The notes beneath the pieces were generated by a model, which ran no database searches, was not told the origin of the DNA, and saw only the letters and a program-made list of their open reading frames with translations. A stretch of 64,000 nt of DNA from Leucoraja ocellata (lineage: Eukaryota). Location of the stretch: NCBI GenBank assembly GCA_036785375.1, contig JAWMAR010000143.1:3720001-3784000 (forward strand), read 5' to 3'. The first letter of the stretch is position 1, and each line of letters begins with the position of its first letter. Shown in pieces: positions 52,030 through 64,000 of the stretch. A program made the position numbers and the translations under genes.

Positions 52030-52470
52030 GTTTCGCTGAAGGGTGAGAGAATTAAATTAGTTATCTGGGTGAAGAAATCGAGAGCCTATGAGAAAAGATA
52101 AGGAGGCAGTTGTGTTTTCTCTGGGAGCTTTCGGCCCAAGATGCGCAGGTGTGTCACCCGATCCATGACTTGCATCGATCGAGCTGTGCAAATGCATATT
52201 TAATTAGTGCAGGGACTTGGAATGCATTATGGACCTGAAGTTCGCATTGAACGGACTGTCAGGCTTTGTGAATGTTCTCCCCTGGTTCGTTGTTCAAGGC
52301 GCTTCTGTACTGTGTCTGAGCAGCTAAAAGTTTCTTTGTTTTTAGCTGCTGATGCGTAGCGCACTGCTGAGGGGAATACAAACAAGTAAAGTCTTAAAGT
52401 GTTTATTTTTGTCTGGAAATACGGCTGAGGCAACACGATGAGAGACGAGGGACGTGAGGCTGATGCCGAA
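52030..52470. promoter_or_regulatory. CpG-retaining unique segment, candidate enhancer
   Basis: About 18 CpG in ~440 bp by hand count with no repeat signature. Contains tgcaaatgcatattttaattag (POU/homeobox-like) and agataa. Confidence 0.3.
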
Positions 52471-53704
52471 TAATGATGAGATTCTCATTTGAATTAATGT
52501 ATTTTCACTATTGCACAAAATTACCTTCACAAAAAAAGTCTATAGCCTATCATTATTCTATTTTCAATTTTACATTTCTAACATTTTAACCCTTAAATAT
52601 CCCATGGATTTCTCCCAAGATTAACAGTGTGATTCTCATATCTTCCACTTGTCTGGTGGTCTGACTATAACTTTTGTCTGGAGAAACTGAAAGATAAATG
52701 CGCTAGAAAATAGTTTTTGTTGACCGATAAAATCAGAAGTTTGAAAAGGATCACGGCAGTGCATTATGAGTACTCGAGGTTGGCAAACAGCATCATCTCT
52801 GTGTTATGCAAAAATAATGACGTAGTTAGGGTCACAAAATATTCGTTTTGCAAACAGATTCTATTTCATGATAAATGCTGCATCATGTTTCTCGCAGTTT
52901 CTTGTGTGCTGTTACTAGTTGTACAAATTCTGACAAAGAAAGCTGGTGGGATATTTCAATTCATGCATTTTTTTCACAATGATATATTTGCATAGTATGT
53001 CTGGAGTAAAATTTAAATATTAAATATGTTTTTATGGAACATTTTATACAACTGGGTGTTGAGTTGGATGCCATGCGTTAAAGTGGGGGTTTGAGACCAG
53101 AACAATTTTAATCAAACCTGTTTTAACATTTTTTTATGGACAGCTCTATTAATCTAATTCTGTCAACTTGCAGGCAAACATTCTTTAAAGGTACTGATTC
53201 CCAAACACTTTCTGTGTCCATTGACATCTTAGTCGAATCTGGCATAACCACTATGAAAATGAGCTAACCAAGCACGGCAGCAAATATTCAGTTTTAATCC
53301 CGAGTCTTCGGGTTAATATTGCAAACTGTATGTGTATTAGCTGCTAAAACAGTGAGAAAAAAATCAATGAAGATATTGTTTTGGATATGATTTCAGATGG
53401 TTGGAAATAATTATTTGGATCATGTTAACAGAGCTGCTATTTAAGTACACTTTATCCATCATTGGTCATTCCACGACTTTTTTTAAACCACAAAGCTAAT
53501 TGCAAGTGGTTTCAAATTCCCTCAAAGGTTAAGCTTCCCCCAGCTACAACTACAAATTTTGATATGATCAGATGTTGAAATTCCAACCACAAATGATTCA
53601 GTATTTGTAAGGTGCTAATTTACAGTTTAAGTGTTATTAGAAAGTGTGCATTAGATCATGCATCTCATCCTAGATCATATTTCATCACTTTATGATATTT
53701 TGGG

Positions 53705-55185
53705 CAGTCTGAAGCTGAGGTGAAGCAAGGCTCTATCATTGAACTTGTAGTGCACCTCACGACCAACATATTCCCCATTGGAGTAATGTTGCTAGTCAGC
53801 TAGTCTTTGTGCCTCCACCCCAGAACCAAGATCACTTCAGCTTCAATTGTTGAACTACAGCACACAGACAACACTCGCACATGTACATACTGTGAGGTTG
53901 AACCCCAAGTCTTAGTGATTCCTTCACTAAAGCATACAAGAGGTTGGACCTTACACTGGACATCCAGGAGATTTGCCATCAAGTTCTCTGATGTTGCCAG
54001 AACTCAAGGACCTGAGCTATAGGAAGAGTATGATCAGGCTAAGACTCTTGGAGCACAGGAGAATGAGGGGTGATCTTATAGAGGAAAACAAAATCACGAG
54101 AGGAATAGATTTGGTAAATGTACAGAGCATTTTGCCAGAGCAGGGGAATTGAGAATCAGAGGTTTAAGGTGAGAGAGGAAAGATTTTATAGGAACGTGCA
54201 GGGAAACTTTTTTACACAAAGGATGGGGGTGTATGGAACGTGCTGCCAGAGGAGGTAGTTGAGGCAGGTACTATCACAACGTTTAAAAAATATTTAGACA
54301 GGTGCATGGATAGGACAAGTTTAAAGGGATTTGGGCAAACATAGGCAGATGGGACTAGTGTAGATGGGACATGTCGGTGTGGGCAAGAAGGACCTGTTTC
54401 CACGCTCTATGGTTCTAAATTGCACCATGCCAACTCGTGACATTCAAAATTCACGACCCGAGGAAAGTGGGTTATAGGTTATATTTTGGGAGTGAAAACG
54501 GGCATCACTTACCAAAAAATTACCATTGTCTCCCCAATGCACCCGGGTAGCCGTGTAGACAAAATTCTGTGACGCTGAAGACCTCAAACATGACACATTT
54601 GTTCTTTCAAGCAGCAGTAATCTGTATTGTCCTCTGAGGTTTGGAGAGATGAACAAACTATAGCTGACCCATCAAAATATTGGAGAGGTCCTACTAACAT
54701 TGCCTCTGTACGTACACCAAACCAGATTAGGCAATCTAACATTAGAGCCCTCTGCCAGCTCTGCCTTTGCTTACACTAAACTAGTTCCAGTAGGGAGGCC
54801 ACATTATCCAGGTGCCAGACACCAGACTCCTGAATGAATAGTCATCTCAATTCTGAAGACTTTCAGGCGATCAAAGGAAATGCTTCAAGGTCATTCTCAA
54901 AGTCTCTTTGGAAGAGTAACTTTCCCACCTATTCACGAGAATATCCAACCCATGACCAATTAACATCAAGCGGAGCTCCCTAAAACTCAGGCAAGACCGT
55001 GAGGAAGCCACAGTAAAGGAATAGACGAAGTGCAGAAACTCGCGAAGAATGTGCCCGCACGCCCCAGCTAGCACCACCTGTGCAGAGTCTGCAGATACAC
55101 ATTGGACTCTCCAAATCAGAGCGTGCACAACTGGCATGAGACCATGTCACCCAGAACCTCGATGGACGGCCAAAGAAGAAGAAAG
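53705..55185 (+). mobile_element. Decayed RTE-clade LINE (RT to 3' end) with (GAA)n tail, split by a CR1
   Basis: TKITSASIVELQHTDN (degenerate ELQYADD). ggccacattatccaggtgccagacaccagactcc (GHI..MPD.RLP). Tail gatggacggccaaagaagaagaa. Confidence 0.7.
53985..54418 (+). mobile_element. CR1 3' fragment nested in the RTE
   Basis: aggggtgatcttatagagg...ttttacacaaaggatgggggtgtatggaacgtgctgccagaggaggtag...cctgtttccacgctctat. Confidence 0.8.
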
Positions 55186-55689
55186 ATAACCTCATAGACA
55201 CAATTGGATTGAAAGGAATAGCATAGATGTGGCTTTACAGTATACAAAGTGTTATGATAGAAAGAGGAAGGGCATTTAGGTGAGGAGTACACATAACTAG
55301 ACTGGGTTAGCTAGAATGCTGAGTCTTTCCATACAGAGCAGATGTCAGCCAGGAAATTACTTAACACTTTTCCTGTTTAATTTGACGTGCTCTACAAAGC
55401 TGGTTTGTCAGAGTGCTACTCTTTTTGTTTATTTAACCTCCAACCAGGCGGAGTCAGCACAGCTAGTTCAGTCTTGTACGATTCTGAAGAGTTGCTTGCT
55501 TGAGAGAAACCCCAGTTGCGAGTGAAGTCACTTCCAGGGCCAACTCCCCCACTGGTGCACTATTTCTTTGCAGAATGACCAGATTTACAATCCAATCTAC
55601 ACTGAATGGTTTTTTTTAAATGTTTAATTTTAACTACATACAGCCCAACACTGATATTTTTAATTATGTTTCAAGATACATATGATGTC

Positions 55690-56060
55690 GCTTCTCACGC
55701 ACCACCCTTGCTACTCCACTAATTTCATCCCTCAATGACCTATCATTCCCCCACTGTTCTGTTCACATCCCCCACACTCGCTCCTCATTTCCCTCACTGC
55801 CACATTCCTTTCTTCCTCCTCAGCCACCCTCTCCTCACTCTCCCCTCACTGCTCCACTCACTCCCTCCTTGTAGCCCCATCACCTCGCAGGCTTGTTCAC
55901 GCACCTCTCACTACTCACCTCATGCTATTCTCCTCATTCTCCTCTCTCCATTCACTTTAATTTTGTTCACTCCCCCCTCATTCTTCCAATCGCTCCTCAT
56001 CGGTCCTCCACACACAGCCAAGTGCTGCCTCCACTCATTCCCTCCCTGCTCTCCCTCCTA
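55690..56060 (+). repeat. C/T-rich low-complexity tract
   Basis: Recurrent ctcctca/cactc motifs and strong G depletion. Confidence 0.7.
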
Positions 56061-56756
56061 AATGGTGATAATGTTCAGCAGGTCAGACAGCATGTGTGGG
56101 CAAAGATGCAGAGTTAACATTTCAGGTAATTGACCTTGCATCAGATGTGAAAGGTCTTCAACCCAAAATGAACACTGTTTTGAACTCCGAACTTGTGTAC
56201 AAGTGAGCATTTGAGATACCAGTAGGCTGGATTTGGCATCTGTGGTGGAGCTGCAGGCATCTTCTGCCAAGTGGGGACTCGGTTTGCTGCAATATTGGAA
56301 TGGTTGTGCTAAGTGGCCTGGTTTAACAATACGGTGCTCGTGATTTTGGCTGACGTCTCTAATTAGATGTACTGCTGGGTGGCAGCATTTCTGACAAGGA
56401 TACGAATGTTTCTCAGGAATGGATCACTGTGGTAACCTGGAGGTGACCTAAACTTTTGTTTTAAAGCTAGCGGTTCACAGCTTGCTCTCAGGGCAGCTAT
56501 TTCTCACTTCCTTAAGTCAGGAAGTCGGTTGCCTTTCCTGCCTGTTCACCCTCTGTAACCACTGTGTTTCATACCGTTGGCTTTATTTGGAGGCCTGTCA
56601 AGTTCATGTTTAGGTGCCGGTCTCCAAAAGGAGTAAAGTCTAGGAGGAAGGCTGTGACAAGGGAGTAATTTAAAGAGTTTTACAACCCATTGTGTCTGTA
56701 CCAACGTTTTAAAGGAGCACTTTGAAATTGTAATTTTGCTGGTGCGTGAGCCATAC

Positions 56757-57183
56757 TCTCCACCAGTATCCTACATGATACTCTAGAGCAAACTGGATCC
56801 AACTGTATTGTGGTCCAATTAAACAATGATAAACCCATGTCCTCCAGTACTGTATCTCATGTAATGTGTTGGCAGATCTGTGCTGATCAACACTGGTGCT
56901 ATGCCGCTAATACTATATCTGGGTTATAATGAGACCCTTGCCAACCAGTACTGCAGCTCAGTGTTATACAATGACAGAACTAATACTACCAGCTCTACTT
57001 GATTATTATAAAATAAGAGACCTTTGCTGACTAGCACTGCCACACAGGTTTGTGCCTATTGGTACTGATATCCAATGTTGCAAAGTAAGAAACCTTTGCC
57101 CATCAGAACAGAATATTATATATCTTTGCTCGCCAGTACTGTACCTGAATGTTATGGACCTGTGCCTACAAGAACTGTACCTT
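56757..57183 (+). repeat. Degenerate ~42-44-bp minisatellite, ~12 units
   Basis: Recurrent ccaccagtactgtac...gttat...gacagacctgtg-like units. Confidence 0.65.
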
Positions 57184-59292
57184 TATTACTCCTGGGGCAG
57201 TACATCCAGAAGCTGGATGGAGTGGAAGTGGACCCTGTATGTGCAGGAAGATTGGGCAGACCAAAACTGGGCTGAATGTGTTACAGAGAAGTTTGTTGTA
57301 CAGCACTCTCCGGGACAAATATTGCATTTTCAAATCATAATAATTCATAAAAATAATTTATTTTATTATTTTAAAACGTATGTGTATCATACGCACATGC
57401 AGATCTTAGCGCATGGCAATCAATGGCAGTATTCTGAGATTGTGGATGTTTATGGAAATGTATTAATCATGCTCCAAATGGCGTCGCAGTTCTCAAGCCT
57501 AATGCTTCAAAGCATTTTCAGGAAATTAATTATTTTATTTTTGGAATTAATTTTCTGTTGTATTTACAAACATGATCAGCCTAGTTCCTGAAGCGTGCTT
57601 GAAATATCGTTCAGCAAGATATCTGTTGATTCCTTGATGCTTTGTCTCTGACAACACAGCCGTACCTTTGAAGTCGGTGAGAGAACTGTACTCCAGCTCC
57701 AACTTAAGCGTTGATAGTACTTATTCAGCACTTTCCTATTGTGTGAAGACAAATATCCAAACACTGCCAGCTCGTATGCCGATGATCTGATGCAGTGACT
57801 GGTTTTAACTCTCCTGCAGAAACCAGGGTTGCATTCCTCTGAATCTCACAATGAAGCTTTGAGCTTTGTTTAGCCTCAGCACTGAATTACATCCAGAACC
57901 TCCACACTTAACATAAGCAAGCACAAGATATAAAAACATGAGCTGTCAAATAATGCCTTGGGTGCCTCTGTTATTCTTGCTGAACTTGTTTCTATCTGTC
58001 CTGCGTACACGGAGTTCCACAAACTCACAGCTTACCGATTTTCAGATTGGAAAAACGTCTTAGGCAGCATTATTGATGATGAAATGCTCGTTTCCAAACA
58101 GCACCATCTTACCTGCGCACAATAGAAGAAAATTATTTCCACTGTACGCCAAAAGTCATTGCGAAGCTATTTCATTTATAACTAGCACAGTTTGTAAAGC
58201 CACACAGACTGGAAAATCTCCGTACATTGCTGCCAAGGTCACTACAGCGTTAATCTGTAACGCAACTGAATCTTTTCAGGCCACAGGAAGGAAGGTCTTT
58301 CAGTTAAGTAAGAATGCAGTTTTTGATGCCATAAGTGATGGACACCTAGTTTTTTTGTTGCTGGTTGGTTGCAGGTTAAGAAGCACACAAGGAGAGTTCA
58401 CACAAGCTGAGTTCCTGTTGATTCCATTTGTACAACTAAGTTTCAGATTATGTTGAATGTGGTAGCATGTGGGATAATTCCCGATGAAACTTAGAGATGT
58501 GAAATGAATTTTATTTCTGTATGGCAATAGTCATGAAGCAAGTGGCATTTGGATGCCAGGCACTTGCTGTAATAGATGTTGCGTCCACACCTGAACGTCC
58601 CATTGTGACGGAATTGATGAAATTAGTTCACTGTCCCTCTCACAAGAGATTGATAACACCAATGTTCACTCTTTGTGGTCCTTGGGGCTTGCAAGGAATG
58701 AACAAAATATTATTGTTGAGCGTCTTCCCATGCTTAATTGTCCACAACAATTCTTGAAGTCCTATAAAAATATTTTGCAGGGAATGTCTACCTACTGTGA
58801 CTGTTAAATGACATCTCAAATGCTGCAAATATCTGCAGAAGTTCTTCCTCCTCATGTTGATGTTGCGATGATCTTTTGAGCTGATGTAATCACAGAGGAT
58901 TTTTCAGATTGTAAGAAACGTCCTGAAGTATATTGGGGATGTATGAAGTGGTTTCCTCTCAGCCTTGTTGACTTGTGTGATGAAAACATCTGATGTCACC
59001 ACTCAAGGTCAATGCTGCTGAACCACATATTTTATTATGATTTGGCTTTTGAAATTGGGAGTCCTAGACCCAAGGCTTACCCTTTAATTTGGAATGTATA
59101 TCTGTAATTTTATTATAAAATCTTGTTGCATTCTTTGGACCAAGGAATTTAGTGATAATCAATGTTGTCCTACTCTCAGTTGTCTTATTGCTTAACTTTG
59201 TGCTTAATTGGAAGGGTGGAAGGCAATATTTCAAAGCTATCAGTGTAGGCGAGACTTCACCCTTACAACATCATCATGATGCAAAGCATGAC

Positions 59293-59465
59293 AGACATGA
59301 AATACTGGAGTAACTCAGCAGGTCAGGCAGCATCTCTGGACTGGTGATGTTTCGGATCGGGATCCTTCTTCAGGCTGGTTGCAGGAGGGTGAGATAGAAA
59401 GCTGGAAAAGAGGAGTGGCAGGACAGGGCATGGCCGGCAATAGATGAATACAGGTGAGGGGGTTT
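59293..59465 (-). mobile_element. Penelope-like terminal region
   Basis: actggagtaactcagcaggtcaggcagcatctctgga...ccttcttcag followed by a purine-rich stretch. Confidence 0.7.
59346..59373 (-). ncRNA. Minimal type-I hammerhead-ribozyme-like motif, probably inactive
   Basis: Minus strand CUGAAGA-A-GGAU-CCCG-AUCC-GAAAC-AUC. Catalytic core boxes intact, helix I pairing poor. Confidence 0.45.
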
Positions 59466-61462
59466 CCTGAAAGGCAGACTATCAGGAAACCCTCTCACCT
59501 GTTGGATAAAAATATATGGTTGGACAGTTTCTCAAAGCCAGAGGGTAGGATATTCCAGGGTTTAGACCTGGTGATAATGAAGGACAGCAACGTTTCATCT
59601 AGTCAGAATGTTGAGTGGCTCATGCGTACCTACTGGTGGTGAAATCCTCGTGTGCCTGCTGCTGTAGTCATGTTCAGGAGTAATGGGTTTTGGAGATGCT
59701 GGTGAAATAGCCGTGGCAATCAATTGACAAGAAGGTTATTGCTTATAGTTTGCCATTTTCCTTGAGACCCACATGTGGAAAGAGAAAACAGATGCCCAGA
59801 GGATGGACTCTTCTTCCTGTGTGCTTGGTTTAGTGGGAGGAACCAGTAAATATTCTTGTATTTTAGATATTGACAGTTTTCAAAGACCTGAGATCTGCAA
59901 TATTTTAAATAGGCCGATGACAGCATTGTTACAAATCCATCAATGATATGGGAGTAGATTCATTATCACTCAATAGGATTGGTTTTTGGAGCTTTTGAAT
60001 GAATGGGACAATACTTGGGTTTGGAAAATAAGTGAATATTTTTTTTCTAACTTAAGTATGCCTTTACAGGAAATAAAATTACAGCTCGCAGAGTAAACTT
60101 TTTCCCTGTAAGTTGCCATGGCATAATTGCCTAGAAATATGAGTCTCGTCAATGAAAAATAAATTGTGAGTAAAAGTCAGAGACTTGCCTTTGTGGTTTG
60201 CAAAGTCTGTGATATTTATTCCAGGTTTCTCCAAGTGTCTGCCAAGTAACTGTGAGGGCCATTTCTGTGAGTCTCAAAGGAAAATTTTGGAGCAGGTCCC
60301 AGCCTAGTGTTGGGAATCTGTTTCCACATGGTACCCTTCAAGTTATTTTAAACAGTAGCTCTCCTTTGGATCACCTACTCCAACCCCCACATTGCAACTG
60401 ACCAGCAGCTAATGTCCTGAGCTTCAATGTTGATTGTCTGCCTTCACCTCCCCACCACTAATCAGTCACCTGACCAGATTACCCCTTTCCTATCTTCCAC
60501 CCATCAGGCCAAACCTGACACTGATCACCCTAGTAGACATCTCTTCCAACCCAGTCACACCACATGATTCCCTACTCACCAATCGCCCAACTCCCAATGT
60601 CAACCCAATTAGCAATTACAGGCTCCTACAGACAATCACCTCCAGATGATCCACACTCTGACCCTCCCCACCCATCTCCCTTGGCATTGACACACCAGCT
60701 CTCAGCAGCCTGCATTCTCTGCACTGGCCAGATATTACCTCATGTAAAAACACCACAGGAACATTCAATATTTTGGACCTGGCTTGCTATTGATTTTCGA
60801 AGTGGCAACCAATGACCAAAATGGTTATCACCATGTGGTGCATTGGCCATTTAATGTGCCTCTACAGACACTAAGGAAATTCTAGGCCAAATTATCATAG
60901 AACTATTGCTTGCCCAGTTGTGCAAAACCAGGCCTCATCTTATCCCTCCCCAGGTCAACAGCTCATCTGAGCTTGTGAACTCACTGAAAAACAAACTACA
61001 GGATCACACAGCAAATCAGTGCCCCATTGCATTGTGATGCTGTGCATTATTCAACATATGGTTTACATTCAATATGGTTTACAATTGGCAACAACAATAA
61101 ACATTTCCATATTTTTATTGCCCTTTTGAAAAAATCGTTTACCTTCATTGATGCCATTCTGCGTTGCTCTGATTTGACCTTCTATATCCCGAGATTGGTT
61201 TGAATAACCGTTTTTTGAGAAAAATGCTTCAGATCATAGATCACATCACCCCAAATAACCAATAAAAGTAGTCAGTTGCGGCTAGTACAAAAGAAGATAA
61301 GCATACAAAGAAGGAAAACTTAAAATAATGTGGCGATAGATAGAGTAGGAATTAATTAGATGCCCCACCCCCGATGTGAAACTAGTGGTGACACAGGGTC
61401 TGCTTCTGTGGTGAAGTTTCCATGATCCATTCTAATAGGTCGGCTTATTTTCTGTCTTTCAG

Positions 61463-61525
61463 ATTCAGGTCAGTCTGAAAGCCCTAGCCAGGCAAGTGAG
61501 GATATCAAGGAGCAGCCAGAAAATG
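61463..61525 (+). CDS. NFIA: Nuclear factor I A, internal coding exon (exon 3)
   Basis: Acceptor tttctgtctttcAG and donor GTATGT. 63 nt, phase 1-1, translating (D)SGQSESPSQASEDIKEQPEN(G), versus recalled human NFIA [23 protein letters not shown] just after the DNA-binding domain. Confidence 0.9.
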
Positions 61526-64000
61526 GTATGTATTAATTTGACATCTAGCAGGATTCACTTTTTTTGGATTCTGCAGAATAGCTGTCCTTTTAAAACTAGC
61601 TTATGTTTTCAAAGCATAATGTAATATTTGAGAGGAATTAGATATAAGAATTAAATGCCATTAGGTACTCCGAAGAAAAGACTCGCACAGTAAAGATTAT
61701 TTATATAATTTTGACATTAGGTCTGTGAAAAAAGCAAAACAACAGTAGTACGTTTAGTGAAGAGTTTCAGCAATGCTAGCTCTGGTTGGATTTGGCATAA
61801 TAATATGCAAAGTCTTCAAAAACAAAAAAACCTTGTATTTTGTAGCTAGAATTTATAGAAACATATGTGAGTTGCTAGTTGCTTCTCCTTCCATTGAGGA
61901 TTAGATATCTCGGGTACGTGGAAGAGGAGAGTATGACCAGCTTTGTTTCCATGAAGCATCACCGTCCAGAACACACGGCATCAGTGAACATGACACTGTT
62001 TAGGTAAACATGTATTTTACACAGTGGGTACAAATTCAATGGCAGGCAAGCAAATAGGTGCTGTTAAACTAAAGCAGACTATTTTCAATATATAACAGCA
62101 TTCCACTAAAAACTTGAACCCTTTTCATGTTGAGATTTTTCAGTGAAGCTTTTGATTCTCTGTCTGCAGTCACTGACAAGCTCAGTATGAAAGGGGCAGT
62201 GTCTGCACTGGAAACTGATTTGCACTATAATTAGTTATATGCAGTTTCTGTTGATTTGTATCTGACACTAAAATTGAAAGTAGTGTTCATTATTCCTGAT
62301 ATGTAATTTGGTTTATTTAGTTTTTAATTTTGGTTCAATTGATTATAATACAATGATCTAGATATTCAATCTGCAGCACTACATTCTTGGTCACCACTTG
62401 ATCATTTCTGCTGAAAATGGATTGCTAGAAGGAATTAGCACTTCTACATTACTCTAGCACACGTAAAGTTGGCATCAGGAGCCAGAGTTAACCGACAAAG
62501 AGCAAGGTCATGTTCCTCGCCAACTGACCTGGCTGGTCTACCATTCCTTCACAGTCAGGTCTGACTACCTAAAAGTGCCAGGATATGGTTTGGAGGGGCT
62601 GAGGTGTGTAACAAAAATAGGCTGCCATGGAGAGGCAAGGTTAAACAAAAACTGGGACTGTGGGAGCAACACTCCCTATTAATAACTACTAAGAACCTGG
62701 TTATTAAATGTGAGTGCTGCTGCACTTGGGACAGTGCGCCCCATGCCTCACCCATGTCACCTTCTTATGTGTCTGGGTATCCAAGATTGAATAGATCCAA
62801 AGGGTCGTAATGAACAAGTCACCCAATAACAGGGTAAAAGTGTAACCAGTCTCACATACTGATGGTCACCTTTGGCTGTAACTAAATTAAGTGGGCACCG
62901 AGTGTCGCTCTGTGCTGAGGATCTACATGTTGCTGGTCTTGCAAAGGATAGGCCTGGCCCTGTTGCTGTTCAAAATCCCTTTCAATGGGCCATTGACACA
63001 CTGTTCATTATTTATGGAAAAGCTACTTCAGCAAAACATCTTTGACGGCATCCATCAGGCAATGGTTAGTATGGAACGTCTTGCAAACACTGTGAGACAA
63101 AGACACGATGGATCCTGTGGGGTGGTTGGCTGAACAGACTGATCTAGGTATCTTGCAGAATGTTTTATCGGCAGAACTCAACAAGCACCAAGGTATCACT
63201 TTCTGTTGGTGAGAGGGACTCTTCCTGGAAGATCCTTTCTGTATAGTCAGAATCTAACTCCCAACAAACACTGCCCTCAGGATAACTGCGACAAGGATGA
63301 GATTTGCTTTTGCAGATTTTCTATTTGCAAAGAAGATTTGGAGAAGGATGCAGGGTGCATTATTGCCATTCAATATGAACAGCTGCATGACAGAAGATTT
63401 GCTGTTCCGTGCGATGCTGACAGACATCAAGTGCTATTGGAAGATCATCAACTCTTTAGTCTGTCCAAAACCTAATGGTGTTTCAGCAGAATAAGATGTC
63501 AGAAAGGGAATCCAACAGATGGACACATTCCAGGTTTCAGGAGTATGAGCTGAAGAACACACTGAAGCTCGTTGCAGCCAACACTGAGGCTTTGTGAGAA
63601 AAGACTACAGTCTAGAGTCCGGCCGCTGCTAGGCATTGGGGGCAAAGTCCCTGTAGAAGTATTTTAAATACATGATGTTTGCATCATCCCAGCTGACCAT
63701 GATTGTCTGTGGTGCTATGTACGCAAGCTATGCTAATGCTACTAATGCATTGAACTTAAAACACTGTGAATGTCCTGACTGAACACTACAAATGAAAAGA
63801 GAGTCTTGCCCTGAAGTGAGCCATTCTTGGAATCGCTGACAGGGAAGCATTCTCCAGAATCTCAGGTGATCAATTCCATTGCAAATTATTTTCTGAGCAA
63901 CAAGGCAGGTGGCTGCAAAGATCGTTGCCTCAGATACTTACCCTCCTTGCTACAATGATTCATATGACTTACATCCACTTCCTACTTCACTGTATGCCTC
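61526..64000 (+). other. NFIA: Start of NFIA intron 3
   Basis: Begins GTATGT. The next expected exon (HLGFQDSFVTSGVF...) is not found in the window. Confidence 0.75.

Larger units (their letters stand above)
1..61462 (+). other. NFIA: Part of the giant intron upstream of NFIA exon 3 (intron 2 in human numbering)
   Basis: No other host exon recognised. Ends in the acceptor ttattttctgtctttcAG at 61462. NFI genes have a very long intron between the DNA-binding-domain exon and exon 3. Confidence 0.75.

Noticed and set aside
56757-57183. CRISPR-like repeat-spacer array
   Set aside because: Vertebrate context, no cas genes, and the units are diverged throughout rather than constant repeats with unique spacers.
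57052-57591. Longest ORF in the track (179 aa)
   Set aside because: No recognisable domain, non-ATG start, and it overlaps the eroded minisatellite and AT-rich sequence. Most likely chance.
57800-59000. Possible ancient LINE remnant (AVFDAISD), likewise YWKIINSL near 63430
   Set aside because: Single weak motifs with no collinear support.

Overview
Vertebrate, not prokaryotic, DNA. The repeat complement (HE1-type V-SINEs, HER1/CR1 LINEs, Penelope-like, Rex1, RTE, L1) points to a cartilaginous fish, most likely a skate or ray. The only host coding sequence I can support is a 63-nt phase-1/phase-1 exon at 61463-61525 (+) encoding DSGQSESPSQASEDIKEQPENG, which matches exon 3 of nuclear factor I A (NFIA). 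The window is therefore probably the 3' ~61 kb of the very long NFIA intron 2 plus the start of intron 3. Nearly all ORFs in the six-frame track are transposon remnants or chance. The most interesting signals are: (i) Penelope-derived terminal units carrying a minimal hammerhead-ribozyme motif, including an 81-bp insertion with a 20-bp target duplication whose 5' end falls at the predicted cleavage site; (ii) a ~415-bp, ~99% identical inverted L1 pair in which one arm is an internal, tailless fragment; (iii) a same-strand cluster of YY1-like motifs, two fused to NFI half-sites; (iv) a tandem duplication abutting a near-perfect 91-nt hairpin. I cannot claim a new biological system from sequence alone. 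Repeat boundaries are approximate unless a TSD or TIR is quoted, and family names come from motif recognition, not a database search.
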